DNA of 61,631 bases, counting the filler. It is 5 parts of 5 records of this genome, joined end to end, with 100 filler letters (N's around TTAATTAATTAA, not from the genome) between each part and the next. Parts side by side here need not be neighbours in the genome. Positions count along the whole stretch, not along the records: positions 1 to 23,309 come from SRR22947727_2647; positions 23,410 to 40,028 come from SRR22947727_2649; 3 more parts are not named here. One strand, given 5' to 3'. Shown in pieces: positions 20,741-30,048 of this stretch. A model generated the notes under the pieces. The model was given only the letters and a program-made list of their open reading frames with translations, had not been told where the DNA came from and searched no databases. The position numbers were made by a program, and so were the translations under genes. Each line of letters begins with the position of its first letter. Positions within the stretch are counted from its first letter, which is position 1.

Positions 20741-21487
20741 ATTAATAAAGTTGCTTTAATTACCGGAGGGTCGTCAGGAATAGGCTTTGCCTATGCAGAG
20801 CATCTAATTAAAAAAGGTTGGCACGTTCAAATTGTCTCTAATGACAAAGGAAGATCCTTTGATGCTATTAAAAAACTTAACAGTCCAAATGTTAAAAACT
20901 TTATCTATGACCTAACAAAAAAAGATTCAATCTCTAAGCTTTATGATGAGGTGGATACTCCTAATTTATTAATTGCTTGCTCTGGCGTAGCTACTAACGG
21001 AAAAGCTGAGACATACTCTGATCAAGAGAAGAGCGATGCTTATTATTTAATGTGTGGTGGCGTAATTGATCTAATTCAAAAGTTCATACCAAAATTATCT
21101 GCACAAAATAATAGCCGCGTAGTAATAATTTCAAGCATAGGTGCAGTAACCCCAATGCCAAAATCATCAATTTATTCCAGTGCTAAAGCAGCTATTTATG
21201 CATATGGCAGATCTCTTAATGCTGAGTTAAAAAACATAACAGTCACTGTATCCTTACCCGGGTATGTCAGAACAGATATTCATAAAAAAGCTGGCCTTAA
21301 TCATCTTGAAAGAAAAATACCTTCATGGATGTGGATAGATGTTAATAAAGTCGTAATGGAAACTGAAAGAGCATCGCTTAAAGGAGATAGCTATGTAATA
21401 CCTGGCATTATTTATAAGTTAGCAAGGCCATTTCTAGGATCCAATGTAGCAAATAAAATATGGAGATTTCTAAGTAAAAGAAATTAG
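20741..21487 (+). CDS. SDR oxidoreductase; true start is upstream of the called ORF, probably ATT at 20741
   Basis: The open frame upstream of GTG 20951 encodes INKVALITGGSSGIG (Rossmann motif). There is no in-frame ATG/GTG/TTG back to the TAA at 20699. AGGAG lies 8 nt before ATT 20741. Catalytic YSSAK is present. Confidence 0.75.
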   Translation: MNKVALITGGSSGIGFAYAEHLIKKGWHVQIVSNDKGRSFDAIKKLNSPNVKNFIYDLTKKDSISKLYDEVDTPNLLIACSGVATNGKAETYSDQEKSDAYYLMCGGVIDLIQKFIPKLSAQNNSRVVIISSIGAVTPMPKSSIYSSAKAAIYAYGRSLNAELKNITVTVSLPGYVRTDIHKKAGLNHLERKIPSWMWIDVNKVVMETERASLKGDSYVIPGIIYKLARPFLGSNVANKIWRFLSKRN

Positions 21488-21933
21488 TTGCTAATGGGTG
21501 ATGAATGATGAGCTTTAATTTTTATATTTCCATTAAAAGTATCTAAAACAAATGTGAAAGCTATCTTTGTGTCTAAACCCTTATGATAAGGTTTCAGGTT
21601 CAAAACACCCATCACAACTGAAACTTTTTCTTCAAGCATGAAATTAATATCTAGGGCATCAATACTCTTCCAAGGCTTAATAGCAAATCCATTATCCTCA
21701 GCAATATCACCATTTATAAAATAAGAAAGGGCGCTTTCTTTGTCGTTTCTAAAAATAACCTCTTTAGTAAAAGTTGGTTTAAATAATACTTTCGCATTAT
21801 CAAATGCATAATGACGATCCAAAAATAATTTTGCTTCATCAATATAATTAGCATCTTCTATGAATTTATTACCAATACCAATAACTCCATCTTTCCAGGA
21901 GTTTAAAAATTTTATGACATCATTATTATTCAT
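21484..21933 (-). CDS. Putative iota-class carbonic anhydrase (COG4337-like, NTF2 fold)
   Basis: VLFKPT, FR...ALSYF, EDNGFAIKPW and C-terminal HHSS motif; no signal peptide. Confidence 0.72.
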   Translation of the reverse strand: MNNNDVIKFLNSWKDGVIGIGNKFIEDANYIDEAKLFLDRHYAFDNAKVLFKPTFTKEVIFRNDKESALSYFINGDIAEDNGFAIKPWKSIDALDINFMLEEKVSVVMGVLNLKPYHKGLDTKIAFTFVLDTFNGNIKIKAHHSSPISN

Positions 21934-22006
21934 CCATAGCCCTAAAAATTAGTTTTATTTATCTATCAAGCTTATAATTTTTGGAAATTATACAACAAAC
22001 AATTCA

Positions 22007-22948
22007 ATGAATTATCTTCGCCCATTACTTCCATATCTATTAGGTTTAATACTTGTTTTAAGTACGCAGAAATTTTTAAATATTGGGTTAATTAATGCCT
22101 TGGGGCAATTAACTTTATTTACCTTTGTTGTATGTATTCCAATTTGGAAGACAGGTCGGATGAGTTATGTAGATATAGGCTGGCCATGGGGTCTTGTTTT
22201 ATTGGGAACTATAAGCTTTCTCTATAGCGATGGATATTGGCTAAGATCAGCATTAATTTCTTCTATGGTAATTTTAGTTGGACTTCGTATGGGCTTTGGC
22301 GCGCTTAAATTGTGGCAAGCAGGCTATCTTGAAAGAGAATTTCCGAGATATCAATATCAAAGGATTGTTTGGAAGGAAGAAGGCAAAAGCAATACACAAT
22401 TTGCACTTCAAGTTGATGCAATCTCACAAGGTATGGCAAATGCATCATTTTTAGCCCTCCCAATATTAATAACGGCTTCTAACACCAACGAGTCTTTTGT
22501 TTTACTTGAATTTATTGGAATGGGCATTTGGTTATTAGCTCTTATTTTTGAGTCTGTTGCTGATTTTCAAAAATTACTTTTTTTACGGAGTATGAAAAAA
22601 GCAAAAAAGTATAATCAAGTTTGTAATATTGGTTTATGGAAGTACTGTCGTCATCCAAATTACTTTGCAGAGTGGATGGTTTGGAATGGCATTATAGTAT
22701 TAGCAATACCATCTTTTTTAGGACTTGGAGCAATGGAAATATCTTTTCTTAATGGTGAATTAAGCAATATTCTTTGGGTTCTTGTGGGTATTGGAATGAT
22801 ATATGCGTCTAGAATGATGTATATAACTTTAGTTTATACCACTGGTGCTATTCCATCAGAACACTTTTCTGCAATCAAAAGAGAAGGGTACGCAGAGTAT
22901 CAGCAAAGTACTAATAGATTTTTTCCCGGCCCTAAAAGGAATATCTAG
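22007..22948 (+). CDS. DUF1295 / steroid 5-alpha-reductase-like membrane protein
   Basis: SYVDIGW, ESVADFQK, GLWKYCRHPNYFAEWMVW and YQQSTNRFFP. Confidence 0.85.
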   Translation: MNYLRPLLPYLLGLILVLSTQKFLNIGLINALGQLTLFTFVVCIPIWKTGRMSYVDIGWPWGLVLLGTISFLYSDGYWLRSALISSMVILVGLRMGFGALKLWQAGYLEREFPRYQYQRIVWKEEGKSNTQFALQVDAISQGMANASFLALPILITASNTNESFVLLEFIGMGIWLLALIFESVADFQKLLFLRSMKKAKKYNQVCNIGLWKYCRHPNYFAEWMVWNGIIVLAIPSFLGLGAMEISFLNGELSNILWVLVGIGMIYASRMMYITLVYTTGAIPSEHFSAIKREGYAEYQQSTNRFFPGPKRNI

Positions 22949-22951
22949 AAA

Positions 22952-23284
22952 TTATCGATTATCAAAGATATTCTGCATCACATCTTTATTGTCTGTTCCC
23001 CATTTACACCAAGAATCCAATATTGGCCCTAAAGATAAACCAAATTCAGTTAGAGAATATTCAACTTTAGGAGGAACAACCTCGTAGACTTTTCTTATTA
23101 CCAATTGATCTCTTTCCATTTCACGTAACTGCTTTGTAAGCATTTGCTGAGTAATTGGTGCGAGGACTTTTTTAAGCTCACCGAATCTTATTGGGCCTTT
23201 TCTCAAATTATATGTAATAGCAATTTTCCATTTACCGCCAATAAGCTTAAGTGAATTGGTAATGGGACAATCAATTTTATTCAT
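22952..23284 (-). CDS. HxlR/DUF24 (MarR-type) transcriptional regulator with N-terminal Cys
   Basis: CPITNSLKLIGGKWK, RFGELK, ITQQMLTKQLREME and VPPKVEYSLTEFG. Confidence 0.92.
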   Translation of the reverse strand: MNKIDCPITNSLKLIGGKWKIAITYNLRKGPIRFGELKKVLAPITQQMLTKQLREMERDQLVIRKVYEVVPPKVEYSLTEFGLSLGPILDSWCKWGTDNKDVMQNIFDNR

Positions 23285-23285
23285 A

Positions 23286-23309
23286 GTATGATTTTATATA
23301 CTAGTATGA
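23286..23309. promoter_or_regulatory. Putative HxlR/DUF24 operator, copy 2, overlapping the hxlR -10 box
   Basis: GTATG-ATTTTA-TATAC-TA-GTATGA. The minus strand reads GTATA-TAAAAT-CATACT-ATG, placing a -10-like TAAAAT inside the palindrome 6 nt before the hxlR ATG. Confidence 0.65.
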
Positions 23310-23409
23310 NNNNNNNNNNNNNNNNNNNNNNNNNNNNNNNNNNNNNNNNNNNNTTAATTAATTAANNNNNNNNNNNNNNNNNNNNNNNNNNNNNNNNNNN
23401 NNNNNNNNN
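23310..23409. other. Artificial contig spacer
   Basis: 44 N + TTAATTAATTAA (stops in all frames) + 44 N; composition changes across it. Confidence 0.98.
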
Positions 23410-24464
23410 GTCAAAGTGAGTAAACTTAAGCTTACGAACGCACAAACAAATACAACTGCAAGCTCACTCATAGAGGCTGTCTCAAAAACAAACCCGCCTA
23501 CAAACCACCAAACGTATACGGCAAAAGCTTCTGTTGCCAACAAAGGCGTCAAAAATCTTGCTAGACTGATCCATCGACTCTTCTTCGAGATAATTTCGTC
23601 AATTTTCTCGGCATTATCATGTAAGTGCTGTATCTGTGAACCGGACACTAAAGCTAGCTGGCCGGGTACGACACCTACCGGCGAAGCAACTTGCCTTGCC
23701 AATGCAAAAAGCCCCAGCCTCTCGGCTGGAGGCGAACACGATGCCACGATTGTATCTATTTTTTGACCCATTGCCTTGATCACTGTACTGGCCCAGCCCA
23801 TAAAAACAAAGAAAATAACCGGCGCATGAATTGTGAAATACGACTTGAGCACCCCTTTCGGCTTTACTATCGAAAAGTCACCATACCCCGTCTGAAGAAA
23901 TACAAACAATGAGACAAAGAGCAACAATACGGTCGCCCAATAAATTCCCGATACGTCCCAACCATTGAGATATATCGCCATAAAAGCACAACACTTAAGA
24001 ACCACCCCAATCGTCAGAAGCTGGAAATACAAACGCATTCTTTTCGTAATTTGGCATACGCCGAGAGAAAAGCTTCGCGCCACCTCAGCCATTGAATACG
24101 TGAATACGAACGTCTAAAGTTCTGTGATTGGTCCGTTATACTCCAATTTTTCAGCGACCAAAGCCACCAAGATTAAGGCTCCAATTACCAATAGCATGTC
24201 GCAACACGCCAGCGCAGTAGACGATACAGCTCGAAACTGCCCGCTCAGAGTGACAAATTTATATTGATATTTGACCAGCATCTCATTCGGGCGAATAGAT
24301 GCTACGGCCATTATCACAGACGTGGTCGATATAATTAGTGAGTAAGAGGCAACCGCGTCAAGACCCTGCATTAGGTTCAGCAGGTGCACTGCCAGAAAGC
24401 CAACCCCGATATTTGCAATTGTGAATGAGCGGTGATGGCTAATTAGTGTTAAAGCGCGCTGCAA
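23410..24464 (-). pseudogene. Wzx-like polysaccharide flippase with in-frame TAG, 3'-truncated by contig end
   Basis: ORFs 24114-24464 and <23410-24092 share one frame; TAG at 24116-24114 is followed by TFVFTYSMAEV. Multi-TM protein with a LGLFALARQVASP flippase-like segment, in a polysaccharide operon. Confidence 0.6.
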
Positions 24465-24466
24465 TC

Positions 24467-25318
24467 CTATGCTGGCCTTATCAACAATATCCGATGACCC
24501 AGGAAGCCCTTTCCGAAAAGTGTGAGCAATTTTGACAGTCCGAGGGATGAGAGGAGGTTTCTAAGTTTCTTGTATGTGCCCTCCTTAATAATATATTTGC
24601 GCGGGTTCTCCACCTGCAGCTCCCTGACGTCAACCGTTTTGAAGCCAATTGACTCAGCGAGCTTGACGAAGCCCCTGTATGTAAAGTAGTGCATGGTGCC
24701 TAGTTGCTGACGCCCATTTGCGCCATCGGGCTTCAGTTTACCAGCCGCTTTCAGCAGAAAATCGGCTAGAGACAAGGGTAAAAAACAGATAAATGGCATC
24801 TTATAGTGCGGATCAACTAAGTGAAATCGATTTGGCACGGTGAGGTAACACCTCCCACCCGGCCTCAAAGCATCGAAAATGTTATTTAAGGCTGCGCTAG
24901 GATCTTCAACATGCTCTATCACATCAATCATTACCACCGCATCGTAACGCCCGACCAAGCCCGGCAGCATCTCCACCGGAATCATTTTTGGCGCTCCCTT
25001 TATAGAGTCTCTTTCGTAAAAGTATTCGACAATGCGAAAATAAGGCTCGAACGGCTCAACGGCATCAATCGTACAGTTGCGCAAGTATTTATGTAGCCTT
25101 GCAATCAGGCCACCGCGCCCAGCGCCAATAACTAATAGAGAATTTACAGGCTCGGCGTCCAACTTCAAAAGAGCACTTATCAGCGCTGCCACGTGTGACT
25201 GCGTGTTTTCCTCGTTGACATAGCTGAGAACGCGCTGCTTGTCACCCGAGAAAAACTGGTTGCTGATATCTAATAATTTGTCATTCAAAGATTGCCTCCC
25301 ATGGAGTGAATACAGCAA
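24467..25318 (-). CDS. Class I SAM-dependent methyltransferase (polysaccharide cluster)
   Basis: LVIGAGRG, DVIEHVEDP, LRPGG and VPNR. Confidence 0.85.
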   Translation of the reverse strand: MLYSLHGRQSLNDKLLDISNQFFSGDKQRVLSYVNEENTQSHVAALISALLKLDAEPVNSLLVIGAGRGGLIARLHKYLRNCTIDAVEPFEPYFRIVEYFYERDSIKGAPKMIPVEMLPGLVGRYDAVVMIDVIEHVEDPSAALNNIFDALRPGGRCYLTVPNRFHLVDPHYKMPFICFLPLSLADFLLKAAGKLKPDGANGRQQLGTMHYFTYRGFVKLAESIGFKTVDVRELQVENPRKYIIKEGTYKKLRNLLSSLGLSKLLTLFGKGFLGHRILLIRPA

Positions 25319-25332
25319 TTATTGGATCGTCA

Positions 25333-26430
25333 TCAAGCCACGCAACGCTGTCTACTCTCACAAAACTCTATAATTTTTTTTGCGCGTCCAACCCATGTAT
25401 ATTGCTGCCGAACTTCTCGAAACGCGTTATTCGCTTTTTCTTCGGCAGTCTTTTTCTGCGACTTTATCTGGCTCAGCGTCGCAGCAATGCTACCCTCAAC
25501 AGATTCGTCATATAAAAACGCCACCCGATCGCTCACCACTTCGGCCAAGGAGCCCCGCGTGGTCGCAGCAATTGGCACACCACTTGCCATATATTCAAAC
25601 AACTTAAGTGGGCTCGTGCACCAGTTCATAGGCGACTCGTCACTATTCATGAGTAATAAACAATCTGCGGCTTTTTGGTACCGTATCGCAGTCTCGTGGG
25701 GAACTCGGGGTTTAACCACCATCCTTTGTGGGTCAGCCGGCTCAAGAAACTTTTTGAGTTGGAGAACCTCATGCTCTGACCCGCCAATATGAACAAGAGT
25801 GACTCCATTATCCTCACTAATAACATCCCTCAGCACGCCCCAGCCTCCTTTGTAAAGGCTGCCGGTGTGAACGACAACCCAGGCATCCGCTTCAATGCCG
25901 AGATCCCTCCGGAGCCCTGCTTTATCACGCGTCAAACCATCGATGAAATTTAAATCTACACCATCATGAGCGACTAAAATCCTCGTCAATGGCATGGGGA
26001 AATTATCATTTACATAGCTTCTTAGCGCGCCACTGATCGTCACAATGATGAACCTCGGTTGACAGCACAATATCGTCAAAATAGCACGCACCAATCGCGA
26101 TGAAACGCCTTGGTGCAGTTCGTAAACGACGCGCGCTCCGACTACTGCAGCTGCGGCCGCCGCAACTATATCCCTGGTATAAAAGGTGGCTTTTCGGTTA
26201 CGAGCAGAGTAGGACAAGCTTAAGCAAAAAGATCTCAGCCCAAACATCCATAACCCCAAGAGCGCAGGCATTCTCGCCCACTTTGCTGAATTAAACTTAC
26301 CGGGCAGAAGGTGAAATACAAAGTCGTCACCCAAGACGTCGGCGAAAGCGCGCCTCATTGCTCCAACCTGTATTGACTGAGCACTTTGATGCGCTGGGTT
26401 GACTCTAGTCAGATAAACTAATTTATGCAT
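25333..26430 (-). CDS. Glycosyltransferase family 4
   Basis: YELH, HDGVD, HTGSL and SPLKLFEYMASGVPI. Confidence 0.88.
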   Translation of the reverse strand: MHKLVYLTRVNPAHQSAQSIQVGAMRRAFADVLGDDFVFHLLPGKFNSAKWARMPALLGLWMFGLRSFCLSLSYSARNRKATFYTRDIVAAAAAAVVGARVVYELHQGVSSRLVRAILTILCCQPRFIIVTISGALRSYVNDNFPMPLTRILVAHDGVDLNFIDGLTRDKAGLRRDLGIEADAWVVVHTGSLYKGGWGVLRDVISEDNGVTLVHIGGSEHEVLQLKKFLEPADPQRMVVKPRVPHETAIRYQKAADCLLLMNSDESPMNWCTSPLKLFEYMASGVPIAATTRGSLAEVVSDRVAFLYDESVEGSIAATLSQIKSQKKTAEEKANNAFREVRQQYTWVGRAKKIIEFCESRQRCVA

Positions 26431-26525
26431 CTATTATGCTCAAAATTAATACTACAGCTGCGTTAATTCGATTAATGCATTCAAATCATCAGCTTTAGAG
26501 ACTCGCCGGATCTAAAATTAGAGCA

Positions 26526-27695
26526 TTAAGCATCCTTTCTGAATAGATCCCTTGTATATAACTTGCCTTGAACGTCATCGAGCTCCAAATCATTCCTATT
26601 CGCGACTATTAGAGAGGACCTATTTTTGAACTCCTCCAAATCTCTAATGACAGGGGACCCAAAGAAAGAGCTATCGACTATGGCAGGCTCATACACAATA
26701 ACGTGAACGCCCTTGGCTTTAATTCTCTTCATCACACCCTGAATACTAGAGTCACGAAAATTGTCGGACCCGGCCTTCATGACAAGCCTGTATATGCCCA
26801 CACAGGTTGGTTGTTTTGCCAAAATCTGCTCCGCAACAAAGTCTTTTCTTGTTGTATTCGACGAGACGATGGCGTGGATCAAATTCTGGGGCACATTGGA
26901 GTAATTCGCCAACAGTTGCTTAGTATCCTTTGGCAGGCAGTAACCTCCGTAACCGAAGCTTGGGTTGTTGTAGTGGTCACCGATTCGTTCGTCTAGCGAA
27001 ATTCCGGATATAAGCGCCTCAGAGTCCATCCTTTTCGCTTCAGCAAATGTGTCTACTTCGTTAAAGTACGCCACCCTCATAGCCAAATAAGTATTTGCGA
27101 ACAGCTTGACGGCCTCAGCTTCGGAACTTGACATTGTCATTATGGGGGCGTTGTTTTTGTGGCATGAAGAATGGAACAGGTCAGCGATCAGTTTAGTGCC
27201 AGGCTCCTCTCCACCAACAATTATTCTGCTAGGGTTCAGACAGTCCCAGAGAGCAGTGCCCTCTCTTAGAAATTCGGGACTAAAGAAAATTCTCAAGTCC
27301 TCAAATTTCTGAGCTAAAGCATCAGTGTAGCCGACGGGTATCGTTGACTTGATTACGATATCCGGAGTTCGGTTAATAGATGAGACTTCAGAAACAATAT
27401 CCTCAATCGACTGCGTATCAAACTGGGCGGTGTCCGCATTGTAATTCGTGGGTGTTGCAATCAGAAGTATGTCACAGTCTTGGACCGCGATATCTAGGTT
27501 TGAAGTAAAGGTCATCGAACCTTTAACCGTTTCGTAAAAAGACGGCATCATACTGTCGTCAATGGGCAATCCCCCTTGACTCAACAACGCAACTTTTGAC
27601 TCATTAATATCGCAGACCACAACCTCATTCTTTTGGGCCAACATCATAGCGTTAGCCAGCCCTACGTAGCCTGCACCAGCGACAGTAACTTTCAT
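26526..27695 (-). CDS. ugd: UDP-glucose 6-dehydrogenase
   Basis: [40 protein letters not shown] and YTRDLF. Confidence 0.93.
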   Translation of the reverse strand: MKVTVAGAGYVGLANAMMLAQKNEVVVCDINESKVALLSQGGLPIDDSMMPSFYETVKGSMTFTSNLDIAVQDCDILLIATPTNYNADTAQFDTQSIEDIVSEVSSINRTPDIVIKSTIPVGYTDALAQKFEDLRIFFSPEFLREGTALWDCLNPSRIIVGGEEPGTKLIADLFHSSCHKNNAPIMTMSSSEAEAVKLFANTYLAMRVAYFNEVDTFAEAKRMDSEALISGISLDERIGDHYNNPSFGYGGYCLPKDTKQLLANYSNVPQNLIHAIVSSNTTRKDFVAEQILAKQPTCVGIYRLVMKAGSDNFRDSSIQGVMKRIKAKGVHVIVYEPAIVDSSFFGSPVIRDLEEFKNRSSLIVANRNDLELDDVQGKLYTRDLFRKDA

Positions 27696-27936
27696 TTTAA
27701 ATTTCCTAATTTACGACCTACCATGAGCTACGCTGCAATTTCGACGTCAAAATAGCGAGACCTTCACTCGCCACCGCGGCACAGATGTTCATTTCTGGTC
27801 GCCGCCCACTGGAGGGCTCTGATCAGGTTATGTTCTCGTGGGGCTATATATGCGGTGACTACACAATTGGAGCCTGCAAGAATTGCAGGGCGATGCAGCA
27901 TTCTGCAACAGCTGACGACCGATACGCTTATCTTTA

Positions 27937-28911
27937 TTAATGACGGGGGTACTGGTTGCGGTATTCTCTAAGCCAGGCTACAAATTTGGGTACGCCGTTT
28001 TCAACGGGCACTTTGGCAGCATAACCGATGCTTTCGGCCAGGCGTGTGGTATCACAGAACGTGGCTGGGACATCTCCTGGTTGCATCCCTTGGTAATGCT
28101 TTACCGCCTCCGCTCCAACCGCTCGCTCAACCTCACTGACGAAATCCATCAAATTTACGGGCGCGCCACAGCCGATATTAAATACCTGATGGCCACCGGC
28201 GAAGGAGCCGATTTTGGACGCCAACCCAATCACACCATCGACAATGTCGTCTATGTAAGTAAAATCTCTGGACATGGCGCCATTATTAAATACTTTGATT
28301 GGCTTACCTTCGAGGATGGCCTCAGCGAATAACCAGGGAGCCATATCAGGTCGACCCGCCGGTCCGTATACAGTGAAGAATCTGAGCCCACACGCATTGA
28401 GAGAATATAGCTTTGAGTATGACTCAGCCATGAGCTCGTTAGCTCGCTTAGTCGCGGCATATAAAGAAGCGGGATTATCAACCCTGTCTGCCTCTGAAAA
28501 AGGGACTTTTTTGTTAGTGCCGTATACCGAACTTGAAGAAGCATAAATAAGGTTGACTTTTTTGTGCCGACAGCCCTCTAAAATAGTCATAAAGCCCGTT
28601 AAGTTGCTATCGGTATACTCGAATGGTTTAGTTATCGAGTGTCTCACTCCGGCTTGCGCTGCAAGGTGTATAACAAGGTCGAAATCAGTGCCGCCGAAAA
28701 TTTCTTCCATGCCGCGCCTGTCGGAAACGTCGAGTCTTTGAAATAAAAAATTATCCATGGTCTCGAGTTGCTCCAAACGAAACTGCTTGAGCTTGACGTC
28801 GTAGTAGGAATTCAGGCTATCAACACCAACAACAGAGTGGCCACACTCCAGCAATCGCATGGATACATGCATCCCGATAAATCCTGCGGCACCTGTCACT
28901 AGCATTTTCAA
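27937..28911 (-). CDS. UDP-glucuronate 4-epimerase-like NAD-dependent epimerase
   Basis: TGAAGFIG, HLAAQAGVR, YASSSSVYG, YAATK, RFFTVYGPAGRPDMA and RDFTYIDDIV. Confidence 0.9.
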   Translation of the reverse strand: MKMLVTGAAGFIGMHVSMRLLECGHSVVGVDSLNSYYDVKLKQFRLEQLETMDNFLFQRLDVSDRRGMEEIFGGTDFDLVIHLAAQAGVRHSITKPFEYTDSNLTGFMTILEGCRHKKVNLIYASSSSVYGTNKKVPFSEADRVDNPASLYAATKRANELMAESYSKLYSLNACGLRFFTVYGPAGRPDMAPWLFAEAILEGKPIKVFNNGAMSRDFTYIDDIVDGVIGLASKIGSFAGGHQVFNIGCGAPVNLMDFVSEVERAVGAEAVKHYQGMQPGDVPATFCDTTRLAESIGYAAKVPVENGVPKFVAWLREYRNQYPRH

Positions 28912-29350
28912 CGCTCTTCTCCTACCTTAGCGGACTGCCAGCCCCCGGTTTCGTTCTTGAGCAAGTTCATTCGTGCCTTTTAGAAAAGTAGTCAGCACGC
29001 TATGTGGTTGCAATGGTTAATTTTTGCCAAATTATAAATTTTGTCCATCTCATTTTTGAGCAACTTATAATTTACTTTGTTTCGATAAGAGCCAGCATCA
29101 CTCCTCGTTTTGGAGGCCAATGATAGTAACTATGGAGGTCAACATATATTGCTTTTTTTGCTCGATGCTTGATTGGCTCGGAACAGCGTCTATATAAAAG
29201 CACCCGCAGGACCTGTTACGCCTAACTGAAATTTTCGATAACGCCCGTTATCGCCAGTAAACCGCCCCGCAAACCCCAATTTTCTTGACACACGGCCTTC
29301 ACCATTGAGTGGATAGTCATTTTGACCGAGAGGGTCCGATTGATTCTTCG

Positions 29351-29686
29351 CTAACCAGATGGCCGGGCCGATTCTTCCACATCTGCTTGCAGCGCCGCTA
29401 TTTCAGCTTTTAAAGTTTCGTACTCAATCAGCTTTCGCCCCAAAAAACGCGTCGTCAGTCGGGTTTTAGCCGCTACGCCCATAGGTGTCAGCAAATATAA
29501 ATAGCCCAGCTTATTTGGATTGCGCTGAAAGTTCTCTAACTTCAGCCACCCCTTTTCGACCAAGGCTTTTAGGCAGTAATTGGTCGCCCCCAAGCTGACC
29601 CCGAGCGCTTCTGCGAGCTCGCGCTGGGTCATCTTAGGATTGGCTTCGAGGCGGCGCAGGGCCTCAAACTGGCGTTCTTCAGACAA
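29351..29686 (-). CDS. MarR-family EPS-associated transcriptional regulator
   Basis: TQRELAEALGVSLGATNYCLKALVEKG...NKLGYLYLLTPMG signature; located at the head of an EPS operon. Confidence 0.9.
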   Translation of the reverse strand: MSEERQFEALRRLEANPKMTQRELAEALGVSLGATNYCLKALVEKGWLKLENFQRNPNKLGYLYLLTPMGVAAKTRLTTRFLGRKLIEYETLKAEIAALQADVEESARPSG

Positions 29687-29805
29687 TTGATTTTTTCTTT
29701 TCAGCGATTCCAGAGATTTCGGACCGTCACGATGTACACTAGCCTCCGAATAAAATACTCAAGCCCGGCTTTTGCTCTGCCCTACCGATAATTAAAAGGA
29801 ACAGG

Positions 29806-29817
29806 CACGCTACCGCA
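29806..29817 (-). promoter_or_regulatory. ops element (RfaH loading site), JUMPstart-like
   Basis: Minus strand TGCGGTAGCGTG versus ops consensus GGCGGTAGnnTG; preceded by hairpin GGGCA-CTCTA-TGCCC; rfaH is the adjacent gene. Confidence 0.82.
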
Positions 29818-29832
29818 GGGCATAGAGTGCCC

Positions 29833-29874
29833 GTTCAAGTCATGAACACTACTCTGTTCAGCAAATGAACGCAA
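29833..29874 (-). promoter_or_regulatory. Sigma70 promoter overlapped by two GTTCA-N5-TGAAC operators
   Basis: -35 TTGCGT (29874-29869), 17-nt spacer, -10 TAGTGT (29851-29846); palindromes at 29833-29847 and 29856-29870. Confidence 0.7.
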
Positions 29875-30048
29875 TGGAAAAACCCTGCATAATTCTGCAT
29901 CCTGAGGCTATTCACTTACGCTGCCATTGGTCAGAGCGCATTCAACCAAGGCTAAGTTCAAAGTCGCACGCGCAGGACTCAAGAGAAGTGAAGGGCTGAA
30001 AGCACTCCAGCAATATCTGCTATCAATCGCTCCATTGTTAGTGAGCAC

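Noticed and set aside
20725-20746. prfB-type programmed +1 frameshift
   Set aside because: A P-site TAT codon could not re-pair well on ATT, and SD spacing differs from prfB; kept only as a minor alternative.
24114-24116. Pyrrolysine or genetic-code reassignment of TAG
   Set aside because: No pyl genes seen, and TAG ends neighbouring genes normally (e.g. stops at 24467 and 29351).
29236-29253. Inverted repeat CGATAACG-CC-CGTTATCG as a terminator
   Set aside because: No U-tract on the transcribed (minus) strand and no second copy; function cannot be supported.
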